64,000 nt of DNA from an uncultured Actinomycetota bacterium. GTDB taxonomy: Bacteria > Actinomycetota > Actinomycetes > JAFAQI01 > DASSKL01. Made by a program: the position numbers and the translations under genes. Shown here in pieces: positions 45,938-55,786 of this stretch. Location of the stretch: positions 46,759-110,758 of the forward strand of contig CAVSIP010000002.1 in NCBI GenBank assembly GCA_963728075.1, read 5' to 3'. Position 1 is the first letter of the stretch; every line of letters begins with the position of its first letter. Under the pieces are notes generated by a model. The model did not search any database. It was not told the DNA's origin and worked only from the letters and a program-made list of their open reading frames with translations.

Positions 45938-47011
45938 TCAGTCCTCGCCGCGGATGAAGCCCTCGAGCTTCTCCCGCGCGACCTCGTCGCGGTACTGCAC
46001 CGGCGGCGACTTCATGAAGTAGCTCGACGCCGAGAGGATCGGCCCGCCGATGCCGCGGTCCTTGGCGATCTTTGCGCAGCGCAGCGCGTCGATCACAACG
46101 CCGGCGGAGTTCGGCGAGTCCCAGACCTCGAGCTTGTACTCGAGGTTCAGCGGCACGTCGCCGAACGCCCGGCCCTCGAGGCGGACGTAGGCCCACTTGC
46201 GGTCGTCGAGCCAGGCGACGTAGTCCGACGGGCCGATGTGCACGTTGCGCTTGCCGAGGTCGTGCTCGAGGTTGCTCGTCACGGCCTGGGTCTTGGAGAT
46301 CTTCTTGGACTCCAGCCGCTCGCGCTCGAGCATGTTCATGAAGTCCATGTTCCCGCCGACGTTGAGCTGGTAGGTGCGGTCGAGCACCACGCCGCGGTCC
46401 TCGAACAGCTTCGCGAGCACCCGGTGGGTGATGGTCGCGCCGACCTGGCTCTTGATGTCGTCGCCGACGATCGGGACGCCCGCGGCGGTGAACTTGTCGG
46501 CCCACTCCTTGGTGCCGGCGATGAACACCGGCAGGCAGTTCACGAAGGCGACGCCGGCGTCGATCGCGCACTGGGCGTAGAACTTCGCGGCCTCCTCGGA
46601 ACCCACCGGCAGGTAGCAGACGAGGACGTCGGCCTGCGCCTCCTTGAGCGCGGCGACGATGTCGACCGGCTGCTCGGCGGACTCCTCGATCATCTCCCGG
46701 TAGTACTTGCCGAGACCGTCGAGCGTGTGGCCGCGCTGCACGGTGACACCGGTCGGCGGCACGTCGCAGATCTTGATGGTGTTGTTCTCGCTGGCACCGA
46801 TCGCCTCGGCGAGGTCCTGGCCGACCTTCTTGCCGTCCACGTCGAAGGCGGCGACGAACTCGATGTCGCTGATGTGGTAGTCGCCGAGCTGGACGTGCAT
46901 GAGCCCCGGGACGCGGCCCTGGGGGTCGGCGTCGGAGTAGTACTCGACGCCCTGTACGAGCGATGCGGCGCAGTTGCCGACGCCCACGATGGCTACGCGC
47001 ACCGAACCCAT
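45938..47011 (-). CDS. ino1: Inositol-3-phosphate synthase
   Basis: [25 protein letters not shown]. Confidence 0.97.
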   Translation of the reverse strand: MGSVRVAIVGVGNCAASLVQGVEYYSDADPQGRVPGLMHVQLGDYHISDIEFVAAFDVDGKKVGQDLAEAIGASENNTIKICDVPPTGVTVQRGHTLDGLGKYYREMIEESAEQPVDIVAALKEAQADVLVCYLPVGSEEAAKFYAQCAIDAGVAFVNCLPVFIAGTKEWADKFTAAGVPIVGDDIKSQVGATITHRVLAKLFEDRGVVLDRTYQLNVGGNMDFMNMLERERLESKKISKTQAVTSNLEHDLGKRNVHIGPSDYVAWLDDRKWAYVRLEGRAFGDVPLNLEYKLEVWDSPNSAGVVIDALRCAKIAKDRGIGGPILSASSYFMKSPPVQYRDEVAREKLEGFIRGED

Positions 47012-47028
47012 GCGCCTGTCTCCCTTGC

Positions 47029-47622
47029 TCATGTGATGTCACCACTGTTCTGTGTGCCGGTCCGTGCGGGCTGCTCCCGCCCGGCCCGCTCCGTCGCGAT
47101 CAGCTCGTTGAGCCACCGCACCTCGCGCTCGACGGACTCCAGGCCGTGCTCCTGCAGCGCGAGGGTGTAGTCGTCCAGTCGCTCCCGGCTGCGGCGCAGT
47201 GCTGTGCGCACGCCGTCGAGGCGCTCCTCGAGCCGGCTGCGCCGGCCCTCGAGGATGCGCAGCCGCACGTCGGCGTCCGTCTGCGCGAAGAAAGCGAAGT
47301 GGACGCCGAAGTTCTCGTCCTCCCACGACGACGGGCCGGACTCGGCGAGCAGCTCCTGCAGCCGTTCCTTGCCGTCGGCGGTGATCTTGTACACGATCTT
47401 GGCCCGCCGTCCGGACAGGGCGCCGGTGCCGTCGGAGGGGTCCTCCGCGATCCAGCCGTGCGCCAGCATGTCCTTGAGGCAGGGGTACAGCGATCCGTAC
47501 GAGAAGGCACGGAACGCACCCAGCACGGTGTTGAGCCGCTTGCGCAGCTCGTAGCCGTGCATCGGCGACTCGTGGAGCAGGCCGAGAACGGCCAGCTCGA
47601 GCACGCCGGACCTCCTGCTCAC
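47029..47622 (-). CDS. PadR-family transcriptional regulator
   Basis: [21 protein letters not shown]. Confidence 0.94.
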   Translation of the reverse strand: MSRRSGVLELAVLGLLHESPMHGYELRKRLNTVLGAFRAFSYGSLYPCLKDMLAHGWIAEDPSDGTGALSGRRAKIVYKITADGKERLQELLAESGPSSWEDENFGVHFAFFAQTDADVRLRILEGRRSRLEERLDGVRTALRRSRERLDDYTLALQEHGLESVEREVRWLNELIATERAGREQPARTGTQNSGDIT

Positions 47623-47662
47623 CACGCACCTCGACTTTGCCTCAGATGTTTGCATCGAGCGG

Positions 47663-47681
47663 ATGTATCGGCTCGATACAT
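47663..47681. promoter_or_regulatory. Palindromic operator ATGTATCG-N3-CGATACAT
   Basis: Perfect 8-3-8 inverted repeat between the divergent padR and DUF5318 genes. Confidence 0.65.
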
Positions 47682-47752
47682 TGCAACGATACGGTCTCGG
47701 GGGCGGTCGCGCAACCCGGCCCGCGCCCGGCGCGCCGCGTACGCTGAATCGC

Positions 47753-48172
47753 ATGTGGTCGCAGCGGTCGTTCGTCGACTACGCGCTCGCGCGCCGGTCG
47801 ACGCTGGCCGGGCTGTTCAGCGGCCGCCTGTCCACCTACGACGTCTGTGACGCCCACCCGTACCTGCTGCGTGCGGCGAAGTTCCACGGAGAGCCGGCCG
47901 AGGCGGACTGCCCGGTGTGCCGCCGGGAGCGGCTGACCCACGTGACCTACACGTACGGCGACTGCTTCCCCGAGGGCGTCAACGGCCGGGTCCGGGCCCA
48001 GCGGGAGCTGGTGCGACTGGCCCGGGAGCTGCCGGAGTTCACCGTGTACGTCGTCGAGGTGTGCCGCGGATGCGGCTGGAACCACCTGGTCAGCTCGTAC
48101 GTCCTGGGTACGGGTGAGCCGGTCGAGTCCCGACCCCGGCGCCGTGCCCGCTCGGGCGGCCGCGACTCCTGA
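47753..48172 (+). CDS. DUF5318 family protein
   Basis: VDYALARR, CDAHPYL, YVVEVC..C.WNHL. Confidence 0.9.
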   Translation: MWSQRSFVDYALARRSTLAGLFSGRLSTYDVCDAHPYLLRAAKFHGEPAEADCPVCRRERLTHVTYTYGDCFPEGVNGRVRAQRELVRLARELPEFTVYVVEVCRGCGWNHLVSSYVLGTGEPVESRPRRRARSGGRDS

Positions 48173-48241
48173 CCCGCTGGCTCGTTGCAGTCCCGGCGGG
48201 CGCCGTGCCCGCGAAGTGCGTCCCCGAGGGGTAGGTAGGCC

Positions 48242-50452
48242 GTGCCGGACAAACCGCGCCCGCCGCGCGCCGGCTGGCGCCGCGTGCTGCCGACGCGCCG
48301 CCAGGCGCTGTGGGGGCTGCTCGGCCTGTTCGCGCTGCTCGTCGCCGGGTGCGTCGCGGGGTACGCGCTGACCGACATCCCCGCCGCCAACGCGATCGTG
48401 CGCCAGCAGGCCACCCACGTCTACTACTCCGACGGCCACACGCTGCTCGGCCGGATCGGCAGCGTGAACCGCACCAACGTGCCGCTGTCCAAGGTGCCCA
48501 AGCCGGTCCGGGAAGCGGTGCTCGCGGCGGAGGACCGCAACTTCTACTCCGAGCCCGGCATCTCGCCGACCGGCATCCTGCGCGCCCTGTGGGTCGACGT
48601 GCGTGGCGGCGACATCCAGCAGGGCGGCTCGACGATCACCCAGCAGTACGCGAAGAACGCCTACCTCACCCAGGAGCGCAGCTTCACCCGCAAGATCAAG
48701 GAGATCTTCATCGCGGTGAAGCTGTCCCGCCAGCGCTCCAAGGACGAGGTGCTGCAGGACTACCTGAACACCATCTACTTCGGCCGCGGCGCCTACGGCA
48801 TCCAGGCCGCAGCACACGCGTACTTCCGCAAGGACGTGAGCGCCCTGACCCCCGCCGAGGGGGCGGTGCTCGCGGCGGTCATCCGTGCGCCGACGGCGCT
48901 GGACCCGGCCCGCAACCAGGCCGCGAACGAGCGCCGCTGGCACTACGTCGTCGACGGCATGGTCGCCGAGCACTGGCTCCCGCGAGCCGACGCGGACGCG
49001 CTGCGCTACCCCACGGTGCAGCCCCCGCCGTCCGGGCAGCAGGTCAGCGGACCGAACGGGTTCGTCATGGAGGCGGTCAAGGCCGAGCTGGCCCGTCGCG
49101 GCTTCGACGAGAACCGGCTCAACCTCGGCGGCTACACGGTCGTCACCACCATCGACAAGCAGGCGCAGGACGCCGCGGTCAAGGCCGTGGACGACGTCAC
49201 CGCGAAGCTGAAGGTCACCTCCAAGGACCCGCAGCTCAACGGTCGGCGGCCGCTGACCGCGCTGGTGTCGGTGCAGCCGGGTGACGGGGCGGTCCGCGCG
49301 ATGTACGGCGGCCGCGACTTCGCGGCGAAGGACGTGCCGAAGAGCTTCGTGAACCTCGTCTACGACCGCCGCCAGCCCGGCTCGTCGTTCAAGGCGTACA
49401 CCCTTGTCACCGCTCTGAAGCAGGGCATCTCGCTGCGCAGCGTGTACGACGGGTCCTCACCGAAGTACGTGAAGGGCTACCCGCCGAACAACCAGGTGCG
49501 CAACGACAGCAACGAGCAGTGCCCCTACCCCTGCTCGCTCGTCCGGGCCACCGCGGAGTCGATCAACACGGTGTACGTCCCGCTCGCGATCACGGTGGGG
49601 CCGGACAAGGTGCGTGACACGGCGTACGCGATGGGGGTCTCGCGCGAGAACCCGCTGTCCGGGGACAGCGGCCATGCGGCCGCCGGCATCACGCTGGGGA
49701 TCTATCCGGTGCGGCCGATCGACCAGGCCGTCGGCTACGCGACCCTCGCGGCGGGCGGCGTCCGCAACGACCCCTACCTGATCGGCAAGGTGCTCGACGG
49801 CTCCGGTCAGGTCGTCTACCGGTCGCACCCGCACGGGGAGCGCGTGATGGACACCAGCGTCGCCGCGGACGCGACGTACGCCCTCGAGCAGGTGCTCCAG
49901 CCCGGTGGCACCGCCCACGGCAAGGCGCCGGCCGGGCGGCCGGCAGCCGGCAAGACCGGCACGACGACCAAGCACGCCGACGCCTGGTTCGTCGGATACA
50001 CCCCCCAGCTGTCGACCGCGGTCTGGATGGGCAACCCGACGGCGGCCGAGCCGCTCGTCGTCAACGGTTCCGGCGTCTACGGCGGCGCGTACCCCGCCAG
50101 CGTCTGGCAGGAGTACATGACCGAGGCGCTGCAGGGCAAGCCGGTGGCCGAGCTCCCGCAGCCGACGTTCTCCGGCGAGGTGCAGGGCCAGCCCGCGACA
50201 CCGTCGCCCAGCCCGTCCGCGTCGGTCTCCGCGACCGCCAGCCCGTCGCCGTCCGGCTCGCCGTCCCCGACCGGGACGGTCCTGCCGCTGCCGACCGGCA
50301 GCGGCTCCCCGGGCGTGCCGTCGGACAGCCCGCCGCCGTCGGGCTCGCCGAGCCCGTCACCCGCACCGGCGCCGACCAGCACGACGCAGTCGGCGGCGCC
50401 GAAGCCCGGCCACCGAGCCGGGACGGGCACCTCGGTGAGCCCCTCGCCGTGA
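48242..50452 (+). CDS. ponA: Class A penicillin-binding protein (transglycosylase/transpeptidase)
   Basis: EDRNFY, GGSTITQQ, SSFK, SIN, KTG. Confidence 0.95.
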   Translation: MPDKPRPPRAGWRRVLPTRRQALWGLLGLFALLVAGCVAGYALTDIPAANAIVRQQATHVYYSDGHTLLGRIGSVNRTNVPLSKVPKPVREAVLAAEDRNFYSEPGISPTGILRALWVDVRGGDIQQGGSTITQQYAKNAYLTQERSFTRKIKEIFIAVKLSRQRSKDEVLQDYLNTIYFGRGAYGIQAAAHAYFRKDVSALTPAEGAVLAAVIRAPTALDPARNQAANERRWHYVVDGMVAEHWLPRADADALRYPTVQPPPSGQQVSGPNGFVMEAVKAELARRGFDENRLNLGGYTVVTTIDKQAQDAAVKAVDDVTAKLKVTSKDPQLNGRRPLTALVSVQPGDGAVRAMYGGRDFAAKDVPKSFVNLVYDRRQPGSSFKAYTLVTALKQGISLRSVYDGSSPKYVKGYPPNNQVRNDSNEQCPYPCSLVRATAESINTVYVPLAITVGPDKVRDTAYAMGVSRENPLSGDSGHAAAGITLGIYPVRPIDQAVGYATLAAGGVRNDPYLIGKVLDGSGQVVYRSHPHGERVMDTSVAADATYALEQVLQPGGTAHGKAPAGRPAAGKTGTTTKHADAWFVGYTPQLSTAVWMGNPTAAEPLVVNGSGVYGGAYPASVWQEYMTEALQGKPVAELPQPTFSGEVQGQPATPSPSPSASVSATASPSPSGSPSPTGTVLPLPTGSGSPGVPSDSPPPSGSPSPSPAPAPTSTTQSAAPKPGHRAGTGTSVSPSP

Positions 50453-51792
50453 TCGCACCCTCCCGCACCGACCCGGTGGTCCGCGGCGCGAGCGAGCTCG
50501 TCGGCGGACCGCTCGGTGCGCACGCAGCCGAGCCGCGACGGCGGTTCTGGGTGCCGGTACGCGTCGTGCTCGCGCTCATGGTGGTCGCACTCGGTCTGGC
50601 GTACGTGCAGAAGGCGCCGTGCCTGGAGCACCCGTGGTCGAACGACTACCAGTACTCGCGGATGTGCTACTCCGACGTGTACGCGCTCTACTTCGCCGAG
50701 GGCCTGAACCAGGGCCAGGTGCCGTACGCCGACCATCCGGTCGAGTACCCCGTCGTCATCGGCGGGCTCATGGAGGTCGCGGCGTGGACGGCGTCGCACG
50801 CTCCGGCCCCCGACCGGCCTAGGGCGTTCTTCGACGTCACCGTGCTGCTGCTCGCCTCCGGAGGCCTGCTCGTCGCGTGGACGACCGTGCGGCTGGCCGG
50901 TCGGCGACGGCCGTACGACGCCGCGATGGTGGCCCTCGCCCCCGTCGTCGCGCTGCACGCGTACACCAACTGGGACCTCGCCGCCGCCGCCCTCACCGGC
51001 GCCGGCCTGTGGGCCTGGGCGCGCCGCCGACCCGGGTGGGCAGGGGTCCTGCTCGGGCTGGGTGTGGCCACCAAGCTCTACCCCCTGCTCGTCATCGGGG
51101 CGCTGCTCCTGCTGTGCCTGCGCGCGCGGCGCATGCGGGCGTGGTGGCTGACGTTCGGTACGGCGGCCGCCGCGTGGCTGGCCGTCGACCTGCCGGTCGC
51201 GCTCGCCTGGCCGGGCTCCTTCGGACGCTTCTACGCGCTCAACCGGTCGCGCCCGGCCGACTGGGACTCCCTGTGGTACGCCGCCGGGCACCTGCTCGGG
51301 CACCAGCCGGGTACCGCGTTCGTCAACGTCGGCAGCGCGCTGCTGCTGGCAGTGGCCCTGTCCGCGGTGGCCGGTCTGGTGCTGCGGGCCCCCCGGCGTC
51401 CCCGGCTCGGGCAGGTGGGCTTCCTCGTCCTGGTGGCCTTCCTGCTGACCAGCAAGGTCTACTCACCGCAGTACGCGCTGTGGCTGCTCCCGTTCGCAGT
51501 GCTGGCGCGCCCGCGCTGGCCGGCCTTCCTCGCGTGGCAGGCGACCGAGGTGGTGCTGCTGGCGACCCGGTTCGGGTTCTTCATCGGCCACGACCATCCC
51601 GGCCAGGGCCTGCCGGCGGGGATCTTCCTCGCGGCGGTGGCGGCGCGCGACCTCGCCCTGCTGGCCCTCACCGGCCTGGTGGTCCGCGAGGTGCTGCACC
51701 CGGAGCACGACGTCGTGCGAGCGGACGACGTCGACGACCCGGCCGGCGGGCTGCTCGCGGACGTCCCGCGAGCTCAGCCGGTACCGGCGTGA
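50449..51792 (+). CDS. GT87 (DUF2029) glycosyltransferase
   Basis: CYSD, VEYP, KLYP, KVYSPQY. Confidence 0.9.
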   Translation: MIAPSRTDPVVRGASELVGGPLGAHAAEPRRRFWVPVRVVLALMVVALGLAYVQKAPCLEHPWSNDYQYSRMCYSDVYALYFAEGLNQGQVPYADHPVEYPVVIGGLMEVAAWTASHAPAPDRPRAFFDVTVLLLASGGLLVAWTTVRLAGRRRPYDAAMVALAPVVALHAYTNWDLAAAALTGAGLWAWARRRPGWAGVLLGLGVATKLYPLLVIGALLLLCLRARRMRAWWLTFGTAAAAWLAVDLPVALAWPGSFGRFYALNRSRPADWDSLWYAAGHLLGHQPGTAFVNVGSALLLAVALSAVAGLVLRAPRRPRLGQVGFLVLVAFLLTSKVYSPQYALWLLPFAVLARPRWPAFLAWQATEVVLLATRFGFFIGHDHPGQGLPAGIFLAAVAARDLALLALTGLVVREVLHPEHDVVRADDVDDPAGGLLADVPRAQPVPA

Positions 51793-52889
51793 CCGCCGCC
51801 CGCCGCGCCCTCGTGCAGTGGGTGGCCACGCGGGTGGCGGTGGCCGTCCTCGGCTACACCGCCGCCTGGACCGTCGCGGACCGGACCGCGGCGAACCCGC
51901 CGGCGTTCCTGGCGCTGTGGCGGCACTGGGACGCCGGGTTGTTCGTGAAGATCGCCCGATGGGGCTACTTCGGCCGTCCCGAGCACTACGCCGACCGCGG
52001 CGTCACGGCGTTCTTCCCCGGGCAGCCGATGCTGCTGCGCGCCGTCCACGTCGTCACCCAGGACTGGGTGCTCGCGGGGCTGCTCGTGTCGTTCGTCGCG
52101 GGGGCTTTCGCGGTGGTCGCCCTCGCGCGGCTCGGTGCTCTCGACGGTGGCCGGGCCGTGGCGGACCGCACGGTGCTCTACCTGCTGCTCTCGCCGTTCG
52201 CCGTGTTCCTGTTCGTCGGCTACTCCGAGGCGCTGTTCCTCGCCTTCGCGGTGCCGTCGTGGCTGGCCGCCCGCCGTGGTTCGTGGCGCAGCGCCGGCCT
52301 GCTGGCAGCGGGTGCGGCGGCGGTCCGGGTCACCGGGCTCTTCCTCGCGGTCGCCCTGCTGGTCGAGTACGCCGTCCGCCACCGCCGGCCGGAGCGGGAC
52401 CTGGCCTGGCTGGTCGCCCCGTTCGCCGTGCTGGCCGGCTACCTCGGGTGGCTGTGGGCCCGTACCGGGGACTGGCTGGCGTGGCCGCACGCGCAGGACG
52501 CCGGTTGGGGCCGGCACCTGACCACACCGTGGCGGGCGCTGGTGGACACCTGGCACGCCGCCGGGGACCCGCGCCAGGGCGGGGCCTACTCGTGGTCGTT
52601 CAAGGCGGAGATCGTCGCGGTCGCGGTCGGCCTGCTGCTCACGGTGGCCCTGCTCGTGCTGCACCGGTGGGCCGAGGCGACGTACGTGGGGCTGCAGGTG
52701 GTCGCCTTGGCGACGAGCAGCTTCTACCTGTCGGTCGGCCGGGCGACCCTGCTCTGGTGGCCGCTGTGGCTGCTCCTCGCCCGGGTGTCGGTCCGCCGCC
52801 CGTGGGTGCACGTCGCCTACCTGTCGGTGGCCCCGGCGCTCATGGCGGCGTACGTGGTCACCTTCGTCTCCGGCCACTGGGTCGGCTGA
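51789..52889 (+). CDS. GT-C mannosyltransferase (PIG-V-like)
   Basis: WDA..F..I...GY, AFFPG, YSEALF. Confidence 0.88.
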   Translation: MTAARRALVQWVATRVAVAVLGYTAAWTVADRTAANPPAFLALWRHWDAGLFVKIARWGYFGRPEHYADRGVTAFFPGQPMLLRAVHVVTQDWVLAGLLVSFVAGAFAVVALARLGALDGGRAVADRTVLYLLLSPFAVFLFVGYSEALFLAFAVPSWLAARRGSWRSAGLLAAGAAAVRVTGLFLAVALLVEYAVRHRRPERDLAWLVAPFAVLAGYLGWLWARTGDWLAWPHAQDAGWGRHLTTPWRALVDTWHAAGDPRQGGAYSWSFKAEIVAVAVGLLLTVALLVLHRWAEATYVGLQVVALATSSFYLSVGRATLLWWPLWLLLARVSVRRPWVHVAYLSVAPALMAAYVVTFVSGHWVG

Positions 52890-52900
52890 CCGCCGTGCCC

Positions 52901-53677
52901 ATGCGCTCTGCCTACGCTGTGCCGGTGATCAGCCGGTACGCCCGCAGCGCCGTGCTGCTCGCCGTGCTGGCCTGCGGCCTGGGGACCCTGGCCGCCACCG
53001 CACCGGCCGCCTCCGCCGCGTCGTACGAGGTGCGCATCGTCGACACCTCGGCCGGGCTCACCCTCAGCCCGGTCCGGCTGACCGTGGTCCCGCGGGACGA
53101 GGTGCAGTTCGCCAACGCGACGACGTCGCTGGTGCAGGTGGACGTCGCCGGCGGGTACTCCGTGGTTCTCGCACCCGGCCAGTCGACCGGCGGCGCGGTG
53201 GGCCCCGGCCCGTACGACGCCGCGGGCGCCGGCCCGCACGTCGTCGTCGCGACGGCGCAGCCGTCCGGGGAGCGGGCCACCGGCCGGATCGACGTCGTCG
53301 CGCCCTCCTCCGCGTCCCCGGCCCCGTCCCCCAGCACGTCACCCGTTCCCCCCGCGTCCGAGGCCCCACCGAGCGTGGCGCCGCCGCCCGCCCCGGAGTC
53401 CTCACCGCCGTCGCCGCAGCCGAGCGCCTCGGCGGCCACCGCCTCGCCCAGCGCCGAGGCGATCGGCGGGGCACCGGGAGGCGACCTCTCCCCGCCGCCG
53501 TCCCCGTCCTCGTCGCCGGCGACCGTGGCGACCGGCCCGCTCGAGCGGCCCACGTCCCGCTCCGTCGGGCTGCCGGCCGCCGTGGCGGCGGTCCTCATCG
53601 CCGGTGTGGTGGCCGCCTTCCTGCGCGTGGTGGTGGCCATCCCGCTCCCTGTGGACGCCGCCCGCCGGTGGTCGTAG
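52901..53677 (+). CDS. Secreted, C-terminally anchored protein with a cupredoxin-like fold
   Basis: Signal peptide, P..LTV..RD.VQF.N, G.IDV, P/S-rich linker, TM segment. Confidence 0.55.
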   Translation: MRSAYAVPVISRYARSAVLLAVLACGLGTLAATAPAASAASYEVRIVDTSAGLTLSPVRLTVVPRDEVQFANATTSLVQVDVAGGYSVVLAPGQSTGGAVGPGPYDAAGAGPHVVVATAQPSGERATGRIDVVAPSSASPAPSPSTSPVPPASEAPPSVAPPPAPESSPPSPQPSASAATASPSAEAIGGAPGGDLSPPPSPSSSPATVATGPLERPTSRSVGLPAAVAAVLIAGVVAAFLRVVVAIPLPVDAARRWS

Positions 53678-53773
53678 GCCCGGCGTAGCGTCACCTCCGC
53701 TACGCTGGAGGCCTGCTCCGGACGCGACCCGGCACAACGGGTGCCGGGTTCGTGCTGCCGGGGAGACGCAGTG

Positions 53774-53840
53774 ACCTCCTGCCACGGACCGACCGTGGCC
53801 GCCTGCCCCGCCCGGGGCCGGAGAACAGTCCAGAGGAGGT
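53774..53840 (+). promoter_or_regulatory. S6:S18 ribosomal-protein leader RNA
   Basis: ACCTCCT (53774) can pair with the RBS AGGAGGT (53834); inner hairpin GCCACGG/CCGTGGC. Confidence 0.75.
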
Positions 53841-53851
53841 GGGGTTCACTC

Positions 53852-54142
53852 ATGCGTCATTACGAGCTGATGGTCATCCTCGACCCGGATCTCGAGGAGC
53901 GGACCGTCGCACCGTCGCTCGACACGTTCCTCAACGTGATCCGCCAGGACGGCGGGTCGGTGGAGAACGTCGACATCTGGGGCCGTCGCCGGCTCGCGTA
54001 CGAGATCGCCCACAAGGTCGAGGGCATCTACGCCGTCGTCGACCTCAACGCCGAGCCCGCCACGGTGAAGGAGCTCGACCGCCAGCTGAACCTCAACGAG
54101 GCCGTCCTGCGCACCAAGCTCGTGCGGCTCGACGCCAAGTAG
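53852..54142 (+). CDS. rpsF: 30S ribosomal protein S6
   Basis: [22 protein letters not shown]. Confidence 0.98.
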   Translation: MRHYELMVILDPDLEERTVAPSLDTFLNVIRQDGGSVENVDIWGRRRLAYEIAHKVEGIYAVVDLNAEPATVKELDRQLNLNEAVLRTKLVRLDAK

Positions 54143-54151
54143 GAGGACGCC

Positions 54152-54643
54152 ATGGCAGGCGAGACCCTGATCACGATCGTCGGCAACCTGACCAACGACC
54201 CCGAGCTGCGGTTCACGCCGAGCGGGGCCGCGGTGGCCAGCTTCACGGTGGCCTCCACCCCGCGGACGTTCAACAAGAACACCAACCAGTGGGAGGACGG
54301 CGAGGCGCTGTTCCTGCGCTGCAGCGTGTGGCGGCAGGTCGCCGAGAACGTCGCCGAGTCGCTGCAGAAGGGTGCCCGCGTCATCGTCAGCGGCCGCCTC
54401 AAGCAGCGCTCCTTCGAGACGAAGGAGGGCGACAAGCGCACGGTGATCGAGCTCGACGTGGACGAGATCGGCCCGTCGCTGCGCTACGCGACCACGAAGG
54501 TGAGCAAGACCTCCCGGGGTGGCGGCGGTGGCTCCCGGGGTGGCGGCGACTTCGGTGGTGGCGGCGGGGGCGGTAGCCGTCCCGCGGCCGACGACCCGTG
54601 GAGCACGCCGGCTCCTGCCTCCGACGACGAGCCACCCTTCTAG
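54152..54643 (+). CDS. ssb: Single-stranded DNA-binding protein
   Basis: GNLT.DPELRFT, C-terminal DDEPPF. Confidence 0.98.
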   Translation: MAGETLITIVGNLTNDPELRFTPSGAAVASFTVASTPRTFNKNTNQWEDGEALFLRCSVWRQVAENVAESLQKGARVIVSGRLKQRSFETKEGDKRTVIELDVDEIGPSLRYATTKVSKTSRGGGGGSRGGGDFGGGGGGGSRPAADDPWSTPAPASDDEPPF

Positions 54644-54711
54644 ACCCGACCCGACCCGACCGACCATCCCCGCGCGCAGCGGGGCCCAGGGAAAGAGACT
54701 GGAGCACCACG

Positions 54712-54948
54712 ATGGCGAAGCCACCCCCACGCAAGCCCAAGAAGAAGGTCTGCGTGTTCTGCAAGGAAGACGTCGACTCGGTCGACTACAAGGACACCGC
54801 GCTGCTGCGCAAGTACATCTCCGACCGCGGCAAGATCCGCGCTCGCCGGGTGACGGGCAACTGCGCCCAGCACCAGCGGGACGTGGCCACTGCGGTGAAG
54901 AACAGCCGTGAGATGGCGCTGCTGCCGTACACGAGCACGGCGCGCTGA
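54712..54948 (+). CDS. rpsR: 30S ribosomal protein S18 (zinc-binding form)
   Basis: [22 protein letters not shown]. Confidence 0.98.
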   Translation: MAKPPPRKPKKKVCVFCKEDVDSVDYKDTALLRKYISDRGKIRARRVTGNCAQHQRDVATAVKNSREMALLPYTSTAR

Positions 54949-54960
54949 GGAGGCTGACCG

Positions 54961-55410
54961 ATGGCGAAGATCATCCTCACGCACGAGGTCACCGGCCTCG
55001 GCACTCCCGGCGACGTCGTCGAGGTGCGGGACGGTTACGCGCGCAACTTCCTGCTCCCGCGCGGGCTCGCGATCAAGCACTCCCGCGGCGCGGAGAAGCA
55101 GGTCGCCAGCATCCGCCGGGCCCGCGAGGTGCGGGAGGTGCGCGACCTCGGCCAGGCGCAGGAGCTCGCCACGCAGCTGCGGTCGCTGAACGTGCGGCTG
55201 CAGACCCGCGCGGGCGCCGGTGGCCGGCTGTTCGGCTCGGTCACCGCCACCGACATCGTCGACGCGGTCAAGGCGGCGGGTGGCCCGTCGCTGGACAAGC
55301 GCCGGGTCGAGATCGGCAACCCGATCAAGACCGTCGGCCGCCATGTCGTGAGCGTGCGCCTGCACCCCGAGGTCAGCGCCGACGTCGAGGTGGAGGTCGC
55401 GGGCGCCTGA
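54961..55410 (+). CDS. rplI: 50S ribosomal protein L9
   Basis: GYARNFLLPRG, GRLFGSVT. Confidence 0.98.
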   Translation: MAKIILTHEVTGLGTPGDVVEVRDGYARNFLLPRGLAIKHSRGAEKQVASIRRAREVREVRDLGQAQELATQLRSLNVRLQTRAGAGGRLFGSVTATDIVDAVKAAGGPSLDKRRVEIGNPIKTVGRHVVSVRLHPEVSADVEVEVAGA

Positions 55411-55411
55411 G

Positions 55412-55659
55412 GCGTCCACAGCCCTGTGGATAAGGGGCTCGGTCCAGGCGGACCGGGCCCCTTTCCTGGTTGCGGGGGTGTGTCCCGGGCTCGACACGTC
55501 CACCCCGGCGACTTTCTGCGCTCCACATGCCGTGGACGACGTTCGCGCAGGTCAGCGCCATATTGCACGGTGGGGCGGCGGGGCTGTCCACAGCCGACGC
55601 ACAGGCTGTGCACAGCCCTCGGCGGCGTGGCGCACACCGCGTCCACAACGTTGTCCACA
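55412..55659. promoter_or_regulatory. DnaA-box cluster upstream of dnaB
   Basis: TGTGGATAA 55425, TTGTCCACA 55651, CTGTCCACA 55584, CTGTGCACA 55606, GCGTCCACA 55412 and 55639. Confidence 0.85.
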
Positions 55660-55786
55660 GCCGGTCGACAAACGTCGGCACGGCAGGCCCCCAGCCACCG
55701 TTCCGCGGTGACAGTCTCGGGGAGGCCGGGATGTCGGACCCGGCCGGTAGACATCAGGCAGCGAGCGCGAAGGAGGCTGGGGCGCG

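Noticed and set aside
54511-54665. 21-bp repeat in ssb and GACCC repeats after it
   Set aside because: Gly-rich linker coding and a short low-complexity tract; no spacer structure
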